The translations under genes were made by a program, and so were the position numbers. The notes beneath the pieces were generated by a model. The model did not search any database, was not told the origin of the DNA, and saw nothing but the letters and a program-made list of their open reading frames with translations. Shown here piece by piece: positions 26,504 through 36,242 of a stretch of DNA of 64,000 nucleotides (within the stretch, counting starts at the first letter, position 1; every line of letters begins with the position of its first letter). This DNA is from an uncultured Methanomicrobiales archaeon (GTDB lineage Archaea > Halobacteriota > Methanomicrobia > Methanomicrobiales > JACTUA01). The stretch lies in the NCBI GenBank assembly GCA_964551875.1, contig CAZKEV010000007.1:2455-66454 (forward strand). The letters are read 5' to 3'.

Positions 26504-27255
26504 CTCCCCCATTCTGTCCTGTCCAGGCGTTCCCTGGCAAGTTTGAAGTACTCCTCCACGATCTCGAACCCCAGGTAGTGCCTCCCCATCTCCCTGCTGG
26601 CCACGGCCACCGTACCCGAACCGATGAAGGGATCGAGGACGATGTCGCCGGGATTCGACGAGAACCTGAGGATCTTTTTGACGAGTTCCAGGGGGAGCTT
26701 GGTGGGGGTCTTCAGCCTCCCTGTCCAGTACTCCCGGTTCACCACCCAGACGTCCTCGGGGTAGTGCTCTACCTTGTTGAAGGAATACTTCTTCGGGTCC
26801 TTGACGGCGAAGAGGATATGGTAGTGGCTGGTCACGTACTTCTTCCTCGTAAAGACCCCGAACTGGTATTTCCAGATCAGGTGGTTGATGACCGAGAAAC
26901 CCGTCTCGTCCAGTGCCTGGAGGACGTCCTTCAGCCGTGTCCAGCCCGAGAAGACGTAGAGGCTTCCCGTCGGGGACAGGACCCTGTGGGCCTGTGCCAG
27001 CCAGGAGTTGGTGAACTCCGGGTAATCCTCGGGGTTCACCTCACGGTAACCCTTGAGAACCCGGGAACCGGTACGGTGGTAGTTGTTCCTCGCAGCCCGG
27101 AAATCGATGGCAAAGGGGGGATCGGTGATGACGAGGTCCACTGCCCCGTCGGGGAGCTCCTCCAGGAGGGAGAGGGAATCCCCAAGGTAGAGCTGATCCA
27201 GCGGGAAGCGCCCAATCCTTTCGGGGGGAGGGACGGGCGGAATATTCAACGGCAT
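26485..27255 (-). CDS. Orphan DNA amino-methyltransferase (beta class, probably N6-adenine)
   Basis: Motif IV DPPF precedes motif I LDPFIGSGT. No restriction endonuclease gene nearby. Confidence 0.88.
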   Translation of the reverse strand: MPLNIPPVPPPERIGRFPLDQLYLGDSLSLLEELPDGAVDLVITDPPFAIDFRAARNNYHRTGSRVLKGYREVNPEDYPEFTNSWLAQAHRVLSPTGSLYVFSGWTRLKDVLQALDETGFSVINHLIWKYQFGVFTRKKYVTSHYHILFAVKDPKKYSFNKVEHYPEDVWVVNREYWTGRLKTPTKLPLELVKKILRFSSNPGDIVLDPFIGSGTVAVASREMGRHYLGFEIVEEYFKLARERLDRTEWGSAEEGN

Positions 27256-27833
27256 CCCCCTGCGGCCTCCCTCCCCAGCCGGAAGGCACGCAGGTTCATC
27301 TCGATGGTCTTCTCCGGGACCAATCGGCGGATTGCCTCTTCGAGGGACTCCACCGCGAGAGGGATCTGCAGGGACCCCGCCCCCACCATGACCATGTTCT
27401 GGGTGAGGGGGCTCCCGGCCTCGAGGGCTTTCTTATCGGCGTCAAGGATGCAGGGATCGAGATCGGCAAGCTGGCCGAGGGTCCCCTCGATGGTGGGGGT
27501 GTCGAGCTTCTGCATGAACACCGACGTGGGGACCTGGATGAGGCGGTTGGCGACAAGGGTCCCGCCTGGCTTCAGGTAGTGCCGGTACCGCAGCGCCTCC
27601 AGGAGCTCGAACGCCATGAGGAGGTCTGCCTGCCCTGGTGAGATGAGAGGCCCGTAATGCCCATCGATCCGCACGTGGCACTCCACCGATCCCCCGCGCT
27701 GGGCCATTCCATGGGTCTCGGCCGCCTTGACCTCCCTCTCCTCGATGATGCACGCCTCGCCGATGACATTGGAGGCGAGGATCACCCCCTGCCCCCCCAC
27801 ACCGACAATGAGGAGGTCGAAGGATCCGGTCAT
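27246..27833 (-). CDS. iorB: Indolepyruvate:ferredoxin oxidoreductase beta subunit
   Basis: GVGGQGVILAS and AETHGMAQRGGSV motifs. Confidence 0.93.
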   Translation of the reverse strand: MTGSFDLLIVGVGGQGVILASNVIGEACIIEEREVKAAETHGMAQRGGSVECHVRIDGHYGPLISPGQADLLMAFELLEALRYRHYLKPGGTLVANRLIQVPTSVFMQKLDTPTIEGTLGQLADLDPCILDADKKALEAGSPLTQNMVMVGAGSLQIPLAVESLEEAIRRLVPEKTIEMNLRAFRLGREAAGGCR

Positions 27834-29599
27834 GATTTCCCCTCCGGGCCGATGGCCCCTGAAGGGCAGATCTGGGCGCAGACCCCGCAGCCGCTGCAGA
27901 GCTCGTTGATGGCTGCCCTCTCGTCAATCATCTCGATCGCGGGGCAGCCGAAACGGATGCAGGTCCCGCAGACGGTGCAGGCATCCCGGTCCACTGCATA
28001 GGAACCGCGCTTCACCCCCGCCCTGCGCGCGGTGATGACGCAGGGCTGCTTGGCGATGACCACCCTTACCCCTTTCTGCGCCTTCGCCTGCTTCATCACC
28101 TCGATGGTGGACGGCAGGTCATAGGGCGAGACCGTCTCCACGAAGGAGACCCCGCAGGCACGGCAGATCGCCTCCAGCGAGATCGGTGCCTTCGCTTCCC
28201 CGGCAGCCGTCATGCCGGAGACCGGGTTCGGCTGGTGGCCGGTCATGGCAGTGGTCCGGTTGTCCAGGATCACCATGGCCATCTCCGCCCCGTTATACAC
28301 GGCGTTGAGGAGCCCGGGGATCCCGGAGTGGAGGAAGGTGGAGTCCCCGATGGTGCAGACGATGTCCCGCGGGTCCCCGGCATGGGAGATCCCGCTGCTC
28401 AGCGAGGGGGAGGATCCCATGCAGATGGTGGTGTCAACCATACCGAGCTGGAGCCCGAGGGTATAGCACCCGATGTCGCTCGGGTAGACCGCGTCCTTCC
28501 AGACCTTTTTTATGGCAAAGAAGGTCGGCCGGTGCATGCACCCGGCGCACATGATGGGTGGCCGCATCGGGACGTTCTGGGCCGGAACGGGAGGACTACC
28601 TGACGGCTTCGGGATGTACCCCGTTGCTGCGAGGATGGCGGAGACCGAGGCGAGGGAGAGTTCCCCCTCGGAGGGGACTGCACCGTCGAGCTTCCCGGAG
28701 ACCGGTATATCTCCCGATACCTGGCGCACGAGCTCCTCGATGATGGGCTCCCCCTCTTCCACAACAAGGATCTTCCTGTGCCCGGAGACGAAGGCGCGGA
28801 GTGCCTCCCAATCTACCGGGTATGCACCGATCCGCCCGAGCGAGACCCCGTCCGGCAGGATCTCATCCACGTAGGTCGCTCCGATCCCTCCTGTGATGAC
28901 GGCTTTCTTTCCGTTCCTGGTAAACCGGTTATAGTTCCTGTCAGCGAGGGCACGCGTCACCCGCGGCTGCTTCTCGTTGAGGGCCTTGTGGAGGGGGCGG
29001 GCGTGGCCAGGGATGAGCACAAACCTCTTCGGGTCCCTGGGGAACTCACCCTTCCGGGATCCGGTGCCTGCCTTCCCGAGGGTCACATCGCTCCGGGAGT
29101 GGCAGATCCGTGTCGTGGGCCGGAAGATGACAGGGAGTCCGAGCTCCTCCGAGAGGGCGAAGGCATCGATGACCATGTCGTGGGCCTCCTGGACGGTGGC
29201 CGGGTCCAGGCAGGGGAGGTGGGCGAACCGGGCATAGAACCGGGTGTCCTGCTCGTTCTGGGAGCTGTGGGCAAAGGGATCGTCGGCGCACATGATAACG
29301 AACCCGCCATTTACGCCGGTGTAGGCGCTTGTCATCAGGGGATCGGCTGCAACGTTCAGGCCCACGTGCTTCATGGTCACGAGGGCACGGAGGCCGCACC
29401 AGGCTGCTGCAAGGGCGTTCTCGAAGGCAACCTTCTCGTTCACCGACCACTCGACGTAGAGGGGCCGCTCCTCCTGTACACGGAGGATATCGATCACCTC
29501 CGAGGAGGGGGTGCCGGGGTAGCCGCTCACAAAGTCCGCCGATGCCTCGATGGCCGCATGGGCGATGGCTTCATTGCCCAGGAGATAGCGCTTTGTCAT
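27830..29599 (-). CDS. iorA: Indolepyruvate:ferredoxin oxidoreductase alpha subunit
   Basis: LLGNEAIA, GYPGTPSSE, NEKVA, RPPIMCAGC and DIGCY motifs plus a C-terminal 2x[4Fe-4S] domain. Confidence 0.95.
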   Translation of the reverse strand: MTKRYLLGNEAIAHAAIEASADFVSGYPGTPSSEVIDILRVQEERPLYVEWSVNEKVAFENALAAAWCGLRALVTMKHVGLNVAADPLMTSAYTGVNGGFVIMCADDPFAHSSQNEQDTRFYARFAHLPCLDPATVQEAHDMVIDAFALSEELGLPVIFRPTTRICHSRSDVTLGKAGTGSRKGEFPRDPKRFVLIPGHARPLHKALNEKQPRVTRALADRNYNRFTRNGKKAVITGGIGATYVDEILPDGVSLGRIGAYPVDWEALRAFVSGHRKILVVEEGEPIIEELVRQVSGDIPVSGKLDGAVPSEGELSLASVSAILAATGYIPKPSGSPPVPAQNVPMRPPIMCAGCMHRPTFFAIKKVWKDAVYPSDIGCYTLGLQLGMVDTTICMGSSPSLSSGISHAGDPRDIVCTIGDSTFLHSGIPGLLNAVYNGAEMAMVILDNRTTAMTGHQPNPVSGMTAAGEAKAPISLEAICRACGVSFVETVSPYDLPSTIEVMKQAKAQKGVRVVIAKQPCVITARRAGVKRGSYAVDRDACTVCGTCIRFGCPAIEMIDERAAINELCSGCGVCAQICPSGAIGPEGKS

Positions 29600-29708
29600 G
29601 GAGAGAATCACCGGTTGCCCCGCTCCACGGGAGGCTCGTACTTCTGATTCTTCATTCATAACCTATAAAAACCCGGGTGCTTTAGAGTATAGGGTATCAT
29701 CTTCTTCC

Positions 29709-29782
29709 GGGCCCGTAGCATAGCCAGGTGGTGCGCCCGGCTGATAACCGGGAGGTCATGCGTTCGACTCGCATCGGGCCCA
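29709..29782 (+). tRNA. tRNA-Ile(GAT)
   Basis: GGGCCCG/CGGGCCC acceptor, CCCGG-CTGATAA-CCGGG anticodon arm, and TTCGACT T loop. Confidence 0.95.
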
Positions 29783-29812
29783 TTCCAGAGAGTGAGGGCA
29801 GGATAGGTTTTC

Positions 29813-30265
29813 ATGGAAGGGCGTGAGGTTGGAGTTCTTGTCGCAGGCCTCATTGTTGCAGGCGCTCTCTACTTCGTCGATCCCTACCTCGCGGGGATAG
29901 CGGTCATCCTCGTTATCACCCTGGCCATCGCCTTCTTTATCATGGGAGAGACGCACAACCTCCCTGACCTGGCCTGCGTTCTCTCCGAGGATGCGAAAGG
30001 GATCGTGCTCGTGAACCAGGGGAATGACCTGGCAGTCCGGATCCACGTCACCCTCGTCCCGCTCGACAGGGAATTCGATCTCCCCGAACTTCCTGCCGAC
30101 GGCAGGCACACCTTCTCCTTCCCGTCCATGATCGCCGAGGCAAAGGCCCTCGTCAGCTACGAGAACCGGGAGGGACGGAAGTTCTCCCGCACCTGCAAGC
30201 TCTCGGCGATGGGGAGGGACGAGGATCTCCTAAAGCCCCCCTTTCCGATCTTCGGCTGGAAGTGA
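29813..30265 (+). CDS. Hypothetical membrane protein (two N-terminal TM helices plus a small beta-rich domain)
   Basis: 150-aa ORF with a hydrophobic N-terminus and genome-typical codon use. Confidence 0.7.
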   Translation: MEGREVGVLVAGLIVAGALYFVDPYLAGIAVILVITLAIAFFIMGETHNLPDLACVLSEDAKGIVLVNQGNDLAVRIHVTLVPLDREFDLPELPADGRHTFSFPSMIAEAKALVSYENREGRKFSRTCKLSAMGRDEDLLKPPFPIFGWK

Positions 30266-30308
30266 CGGGGCCGCGAGCTACCTGCTCGCGGATCCGTCTT
30301 TCCCACCA

Positions 30309-30968
30309 TCAGGTGGGAAGTGACGGCCCCGCAGTCTCCCCGCCAGCGGACCCCTCTTTCCCGCCTTCGGCGGGAAATAACGGTTCGCCGAAGACGAAGA
30401 CGATCACCTTTCCCAGCGCCTCGACAAGATCCCTGTTTGCCTCCATGTAGTCCCTCATGGCACGGTAGAGCATGAACATGATCTCCAGGCCGTAGATATC
30501 AAGGACCTGATCGGGGGTGAGGGGGTTCAGGTACGAGTCCATGAAGATCGGGTCCGAACTGTACATGAGCTCAGAGAACTTCCCTTCCTCTGAGAGGACG
30601 CAGAACTGGTCGGCCACGGCCTTGCTCACGTCGTCCGGCCTGAACTTCGCGGGCTCGGTCTTCCCGAGGACGAGCATCTTCTTCTGGTAGTATTCTGCGT
30701 TGTAGGGTTCCCCTTTGCTGTCGAGCTTCGCCCTGTTCACCATGTTCATGCCGACACGGGCCACTATGGACGCCGACATTGTGGCCATCTTCTCCAGGAG
30801 CTTTGCCTTTCCCTCCAGGATCTGTCTGGCCCTCTCCTCCTTCTTTGCTTCCAGTTCCTCGAGCTGCTCGAAGATCAGGTCAAAACCCTTCTCGATCTCG
30901 TCCATGGGACTCCTCCTCGCTGCAGCCGGCCCCTGAAAGGGGTCGCTCATGTCATATATGCGGGACAT
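30309..30968 (-). CDS. Hypothetical protein (N-terminal coiled coil)
   Basis: 219-aa ORF with an E/K-rich helical N-terminus. Start uncertain. Confidence 0.7.
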   Translation of the reverse strand: MSRIYDMSDPFQGPAAARRSPMDEIEKGFDLIFEQLEELEAKKEERARQILEGKAKLLEKMATMSASIVARVGMNMVNRAKLDSKGEPYNAEYYQKKMLVLGKTEPAKFRPDDVSKAVADQFCVLSEEGKFSELMYSSDPIFMDSYLNPLTPDQVLDIYGLEIMFMLYRAMRDYMEANRDLVEALGKVIVFVFGEPLFPAEGGKEGSAGGETAGPSLPT

Positions 30969-31103
30969 TGCTTAACGGGATCGGTGGGGTATCGCCCTGT
31001 TCAAACCACCCCCGCTTTCTGGTGATCTGCTGGAGATTTCATCACAGGAGACTCTGCAGGATGGAGAGCTCAGATCTCTCTGGTTTTCTTTCCTGGAGCC
31101 GGC

Positions 31104-31700
31104 TCACTCGGTCTGTACTCCCCCGAACCCGAACTGCCTGTTCGCCTTCGTCTTTCTCACGAAGTTGCGTAACCGCCTCTGGAACGCCTCGTCGCCGTGC
31201 CTCCTCCCGTCCTCGATGTAGGCGATCCGGATCCTTTTGTAGATCTCCGGGAATTGCTGGAAATTCGCCCAGACATGAGGGTCCTGTCTCAACGCTTCAA
31301 GGATGTCCGGGGCGATCACCAGCTCCTGCCCGCTCTCCAGGAGCCCGGGGTTCCCTATTACCGCGAGCCCCGCGGGGGTCATCTTCCCGAGCCTGATGAG
31401 CCTCCTCATCCGCTCGATATTTGCCTGCGAGAAGACGCCCTTTCCCTTCCGCCTCGAGAAGCGCTGGGCGAAGGTTTCCCCGTCGATCCTCTTTGCAATG
31501 CTATCGATCCAGCCGAAGCAGAGGGCCTCCTCGACCGCGTCCGCGTAGGGGATGCGGGGCCTGCCCGTGTGCTTCTTCGGGTAGATGAGCCAGACATCGT
31601 CCCTCTTATCATGGTTCTCCCTGAGCCATGCCCGCCAGGCCTCCCTGTCCTGCACGTAAAGGGTGTCTCCCGTCGTCTTCTCCCCTCCCCTGCTGCTCAT
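31104..31700 (-). CDS. YdeI/OmpD-associated family protein
   Basis: REAWRAWLRENH and DAVEEALCFGWIDS motifs. Confidence 0.85.
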   Translation of the reverse strand: MSSRGGEKTTGDTLYVQDREAWRAWLRENHDKRDDVWLIYPKKHTGRPRIPYADAVEEALCFGWIDSIAKRIDGETFAQRFSRRKGKGVFSQANIERMRRLIRLGKMTPAGLAVIGNPGLLESGQELVIAPDILEALRQDPHVWANFQQFPEIYKRIRIAYIEDGRRHGDEAFQRRLRNFVRKTKANRQFGFGGVQTE

Positions 31701-31820
31701 GAGTGATCATAACGGTCATCTCATGGAAAAATCCTTGGGAGTGCCAGACATGCACGAGTCTCTACGTTGGTCCGAGGGGGAGCATAACGCTTAACCGCCA
31801 AAAGTGCCATCCTGTTAGTA

Positions 31821-32579
31821 ATGATCAGGGTCGGCCTCTTGGGGTGCGGGAATGTCGGGCGTATCATCGCAAAGGAGCATGTAGGGGTAGAGATAACCGC
31901 CCTCTATGACAGGATCCCTGAGAGGGCCGAGGAGGCCGCGAAACTCTGCGATGGAGAGGTCTACCGTGACTTCTCCTCCTTCGTGCAGGCGGACATCGAT
32001 ATCATCGTGGAGGCAGCCTCCGTTGCCGCGGTCAGGGACCATGCCGAGGAGATCCTCTCGAACGGGAAGGACCTGGTCATCCTCTCGGTGGGGGCCCTCG
32101 CGGACGGGGACTTCCGGGAACGGATCGGCGCTCTTGCAAGGGCGAACGGGAGGAAAATTCGCATCCCGAGCGGGGCCATCCTCGGCCTCGACAACCTCAA
32201 GGTCGGCCAGATCACACCGTTCAGGAGACTCCTGCTCCGCACCACGAAGAGCCCGGAATCCTTGAACATCCGCGCCGAAAAGAGGATGATGATCTTCTCG
32301 GGAAAGGCCAATGACTGCATCCGCGAGTTCCCGAAGAACATCAACGTGGCGGTAGCACTCGGCCTCGCAGCCGGGCGGGATGCAGACGTAGAGATCTGGA
32401 TCGACCCTGACGTGGACCGGAACATCCACGAGATCATCGCGGAGGGGGCTTTTGGCGAGATCTTCATCCGTGTCTCCAATGTCCCGAGCACGGACAACCC
32501 GTCCACGAGCTACCTCGCCGCCCTCTCCATCCTCACCCTCCTCAAGAACCTCGACGAACCCCTCGTGGTGGGCACCTGA
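31821..32579 (+). CDS. nadX: L-aspartate dehydrogenase
   Basis: VGLLGCGNVG, VEAAS, SVGAL, PSGAILGLD, FPKNINVA and NPSTSYLAALS motifs. Confidence 0.93.
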   Translation: MIRVGLLGCGNVGRIIAKEHVGVEITALYDRIPERAEEAAKLCDGEVYRDFSSFVQADIDIIVEAASVAAVRDHAEEILSNGKDLVILSVGALADGDFRERIGALARANGRKIRIPSGAILGLDNLKVGQITPFRRLLLRTTKSPESLNIRAEKRMMIFSGKANDCIREFPKNINVAVALGLAAGRDADVEIWIDPDVDRNIHEIIAEGAFGEIFIRVSNVPSTDNPSTSYLAALSILTLLKNLDEPLVVGT

Positions 32580-32580
32580 T

Positions 32581-33441
32581 ATGGTCCGGGAGGATTCCCT
32601 CTCTGTCCCCATCCAGGAACTCCTCCGGTTCATCGAAGAGGATGCCCCGTCCGGGGATCTCACCTCCTCGGCCCTCGCCCCCCTCGGCCGCTGCCGTGCC
32701 GAGATCAGGGCAAAGGGTGCCGGGATGGTGGCCGGGATCGGGGAGGCCTCGGCCCTCTTTACCCACTTTGGCATCACCGTTACAAAGGCGCTCGAGGACG
32801 GGGACGCCTGCGAGGCCGGGTCCCTTGTCATGGCCCTTGAAGGGGACGCCGAACAGATCCTCCTCGTGGAACGGACAGCCTTAAACCTCCTTTCGCGGAT
32901 GAGCGGGATCGCCACCAGTACCCGGGCCATGGTAGAGGAGGCAGGGAAGATCAACCCCTCCCTCCGGATCGCAGCAACAAGGAAGACCTGCCCGGGGATG
33001 CGGGCGCTCGACAAGAGAGCCGTGACCCTGGGTGGCGGCGAAGCACACCGGCCCACCCTCTCCGACATGATCCTCATCAAGGACAACCACCTGAAGCTCG
33101 TCCCCCTCAAGGAAGCCGTGCGGAGGGCCCTCCAGAAGTCCCCGCCGGAGAGGATCGAGGTCGAGGTGACGAACCTTGAGGAGGCGATCACGGCTGCCGA
33201 GGCAGGTGCCGGGATCATCCTGTTCGATAACATGGATCCCGGTTCTATCAGGGAGGCGATACTTCGCCTGGAAGCGCGGGGGCTGAGGGGGCGGCTTCTC
33301 CTTGAGGCGTCGGGGGGAATAGGATCAGGGAACCTGAAAGACTACGCCTCCCTTGACCTTGATCGGATCTCCGTGGGCGCCCTTACCCATTCCGTTCAGG
33401 GGCTGGACCTGAGCCTCGAGGTTGTCTCAGGGATCGCTTAA
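32581..33441 (+). CDS. nadC: Nicotinate-nucleotide pyrophosphorylase (carboxylating)
   Basis: EDAPSGDLT, ERTALN, ATRKT, ILIKDNH, IEVEV and EASGGI motifs. Confidence 0.95.
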   Translation: MVREDSLSVPIQELLRFIEEDAPSGDLTSSALAPLGRCRAEIRAKGAGMVAGIGEASALFTHFGITVTKALEDGDACEAGSLVMALEGDAEQILLVERTALNLLSRMSGIATSTRAMVEEAGKINPSLRIAATRKTCPGMRALDKRAVTLGGGEAHRPTLSDMILIKDNHLKLVPLKEAVRRALQKSPPERIEVEVTNLEEAITAAEAGAGIILFDNMDPGSIREAILRLEARGLRGRLLLEASGGIGSGNLKDYASLDLDRISVGALTHSVQGLDLSLEVVSGIA

Positions 33442-33938
33442 CCCTGAGGGCCTTTCAGGGTTCTCCACCCCTGGACCGAGACATACGCGGAGAGGGCTGC
33501 GAGGAGGAGCATTCCCGGGCCGATGATCTGGTCAGTGGGCGTGGCGAGCCCTGCAAGGAAACCCATGGCGACAGCGATGATAGCTGCGGGACCTCCGATG
33601 ACATAGGCCTTCCTCACCGAGAGGCCGAGGAGGAGAAGGAGAAGAAGGGCGAAGGTGGTGCGGATGTAGAGGTCAGGAATGATGGTCTCTATGAAGATCT
33701 TCAACCCCCAAAAGACGTTATCCTGAGGGTAGAACTCAGCCTGTATAAAGAATCCGGCCTGGAGAAGGAGACCGATGGAATAACCAAAGAGGACAATGAG
33801 CTCCTCCTTCAAACGTGCAACTCCCCGTTTCATGAAAGCGTCCTTGGCCAAATCTCCTATATCCAGCTCAGAGGTTTGCTCATAAAGCCTTTCGGTCCCT
33901 GGAGGTTCGCTTTTCCCCTCAGCGCGGGAATGTTTCAC
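33438..33938 (-). CDS. Hypothetical multi-pass membrane protein
   Basis: 166-aa ORF with about four hydrophobic segments. Confidence 0.65.
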   Translation of the reverse strand: MKHSRAEGKSEPPGTERLYEQTSELDIGDLAKDAFMKRGVARLKEELIVLFGYSIGLLLQAGFFIQAEFYPQDNVFWGLKIFIETIIPDLYIRTTFALLLLLLLGLSVRKAYVIGGPAAIIAVAMGFLAGLATPTDQIIGPGMLLLAALSAYVSVQGWRTLKGPQG

Positions 33939-33998
33939 TGACCACCGGAAAACCGCAAACCATTAGAGGGATGAGACCCTACTGCACATATCCGAGGT

Positions 33999-34559
33999 TT
34001 GAATATGGCCGACCCCGAATCGCCCGGAGGGCTTCCGGAAACGGCACAGCCAGAGGAGCCGGAGGAGGAGAAGCCCGATGAGATCCCCTTCCTGATCGAT
34101 CTCCTGATGAACCCCGAGCTGAATGTCCGGTGGAGGGCAGCCGAGGCGCTGGGGGAGGCCCGGGATGCACGGGCGGTCGAACCCCTCATTGCCGCCCTGA
34201 AGGACCCCTTCCAGGATGTCAGCTGGATCGCGGCCGAGGCCCTCGGAAAAATCCGCGATACCCGGGCTGTTGAGCCCCTCATCGCAGCCCTCAGGGAAGG
34301 GGAGAAGTGGCTGCGCCAGGGGGCCGCATGGGCGCTCGGGAAGATCGGCGACCCCCGTGCCATCGGGCCCCTCATTGCTGCCCTGAAGGATACCAAGGCG
34401 GACGTACGCAAGAATGCGGCATGGGCCCTCGGCCAGTTCACCGGGGACCAGGTCCTCGCCGCCCTCTCCGAAGCGGTGAAAGACCAAAATCCCGGGGTGC
34501 AGAGAGCGGCCCAGCAGGCTGTCGAGTCCGTGAGGAAGAAGGGCGCAGAGAAGGCCTGA
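33999..34559 (+). CDS. HEAT/PBS-lyase repeat protein
   Basis: Four 31-aa repeats of the type VRWRAAEALGE...RAVEPLIAALKD. Confidence 0.9.
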   Translation: MNMADPESPGGLPETAQPEEPEEEKPDEIPFLIDLLMNPELNVRWRAAEALGEARDARAVEPLIAALKDPFQDVSWIAAEALGKIRDTRAVEPLIAALREGEKWLRQGAAWALGKIGDPRAIGPLIAALKDTKADVRKNAAWALGQFTGDQVLAALSEAVKDQNPGVQRAAQQAVESVRKKGAEKA

Positions 34560-34640
34560 AGAACCCCGCATCACCATCAGGCTCCCCTGTTATATTATAC
34601 CAAAAAAAGAATAGGCTAAGTACACCCGGGTCTGGCTCTC

Positions 34641-35237
34641 ATGCTCTCTTTCTTCAATTCCGGTCTCTTCACCTGGATCATTCTCCCTGTCCTCATCTTC
34701 ATCGCCCGAATCTGCGATGTCTCCCTCGGGACGATCCGTGTCATCTTCGTCTCCCGGGGCTACCGCCATCTCGCCCCCATCCTCGGGTTCTTCGAGATCT
34801 CCATCTGGCTCTTTGCCATCGGCCAGATCATGCGGGACATCAACGACATCTCCATCTACCTCGCCTATGCCGCCGGGTTTGCGGCGGGGACCTATGCGGG
34901 GATAACCCTTGAGGAGAAGCTCTCCCTGGGCACAGTCCTCGTCCGGGTCATCACGAAGCGGGACTCTGCCGACCTCATCGATGCGCTGAAGGGAGCTAGG
35001 TACGGGCTCACGACCCATGGAGCCGACGGGGCCCAGGGACCGGTGACCATCGTCTTCACCGTTGTCTCGCGCCAGGACCTTCCCCACGTGGTGGGGATCA
35101 TCAAGCAGTTCAACCCCCACGCCTTCTATTCGGTGGAAGATGTCCGGCATGCGAGCGAGGGGGTCTTTCCCGCCCGGGAGGGCGGTGTCCTCAGGAGCTA
35201 CCTCGACCCCAGGCGGTTCTTCTCCAAGAAGAAGTGA
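34641..35237 (+). CDS. DUF2179/DUF5698 membrane protein
   Basis: ARICDVSLGTIR, GFFEISIWL, AAGFAAGTYAG and NPHAFYSVED motifs. Confidence 0.85.
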   Translation: MLSFFNSGLFTWIILPVLIFIARICDVSLGTIRVIFVSRGYRHLAPILGFFEISIWLFAIGQIMRDINDISIYLAYAAGFAAGTYAGITLEEKLSLGTVLVRVITKRDSADLIDALKGARYGLTTHGADGAQGPVTIVFTVVSRQDLPHVVGIIKQFNPHAFYSVEDVRHASEGVFPAREGGVLRSYLDPRRFFSKKK

Positions 35238-35258
35238 GCGGCACCACGGGGTTCCGGG

Positions 35259-35810
35259 TCAGAGTGAGTCCACCCCTTCCCTGAGCCGGAACTTCTTCCC
35301 GCACGCCGTGCAGAAGGCGAGTTTCTTCCGGTCGAGCTCCCCGAGGGTACGGGGCGGGAACATGACGCACTCCACATCGGGGCAGTGCTCGAGGCCGAAG
35401 AGGTGGCCGATCTCATGGGCCCCCTCCTTGGCGATACGCCCGGCGAGGTCGGAGTCCTCCCGTTCCCTCCCGTAGTAACCGTTGTCAAGGCGTGCCGTTG
35501 AGACGACAGCGGCACCCACCGACTCCCGGGCGAGGCCGAAGACGAAGTCCTGGCCCCGGATGGAGAGGTCGTGGGGCACAACAAGGAGGATCGGCTCCGT
35601 TTTACCCCGCTGCCTCTTGAAGAGCTGGATGCGCGAGAGGATCTTCTGGGCATCGTACTGGTCCCGCTCCCGGTTGTAGCCCGAGAGGAGGATGCAGCTC
35701 TCCACGACCTCGAGGGGAATGCCGAGGATCGACCTGATCCTCTTCTCAACGGCCGTTTCGAGGCCCCCGGGCGCGTTCTGATCCCAAAAGATTTTGACGC
35801 GCATCATCAT
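35259..35810 (-). CDS. Archaemetzincin (M54 Zn metalloprotease)
   Basis: RDQYDA, KEGAHEIGHLFGLEHC and CVM motifs plus a C-terminal CxxC. Confidence 0.9.
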   Translation of the reverse strand: MMMRVKIFWDQNAPGGLETAVEKRIRSILGIPLEVVESCILLSGYNRERDQYDAQKILSRIQLFKRQRGKTEPILLVVPHDLSIRGQDFVFGLARESVGAAVVSTARLDNGYYGREREDSDLAGRIAKEGAHEIGHLFGLEHCPDVECVMFPPRTLGELDRKKLAFCTACGKKFRLREGVDSL

Positions 35811-35820
35811 AGCTGTGGTG

Positions 35821-36234
35821 ATGGGCCCGTATAAACGTATTGAGCGCCTCATCGGGGATTATATCGGGAGAAACTACCGCTGCGCCGTGGAGATTGGGGT
35901 CGGGGAGAACCTGGTGGCTGCACGGATCATCAGGGACGCCGGGGTCTCCATCCGCTGCACCGATATCAGGCCCGTGCCTTCAGAGAACGGGATACCCATC
36001 GCGAAGGACGACATCTTCTCCCCGAGAGAGACCCTCTACACAGGGGCTGATCTCCTGTACGCCATACGGCCGGGGGTCGAGATGGTGCCGCCCCTGATCG
36101 CCCTTGCAGAGAAGACAGGGGCGGATCTCCTCGTCTATCACCTCGGGAACGAAATCTATGGAACCGGAGGGGATCTCATCGACTGCGGGGTGATCCTCCA
36201 CCGGTATTACTCCCGTGAGAAGCTCGGGAAATAA
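35821..36234 (+). CDS. UPF0146 family protein
   Basis: AVEIGVG, DDIFSP, LYAIRP and YHLGNE motifs. Confidence 0.8.
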   Translation: MGPYKRIERLIGDYIGRNYRCAVEIGVGENLVAARIIRDAGVSIRCTDIRPVPSENGIPIAKDDIFSPRETLYTGADLLYAIRPGVEMVPPLIALAEKTGADLLVYHLGNEIYGTGGDLIDCGVILHRYYSREKLGK

Positions 36235-36242
36235 GATTTCCC

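Noticed and set aside
31821-33441. nadX-nadC without nadA as an unusual pathway
   Set aside because: nadA could simply be elsewhere in the genome, which cannot be judged from one window.
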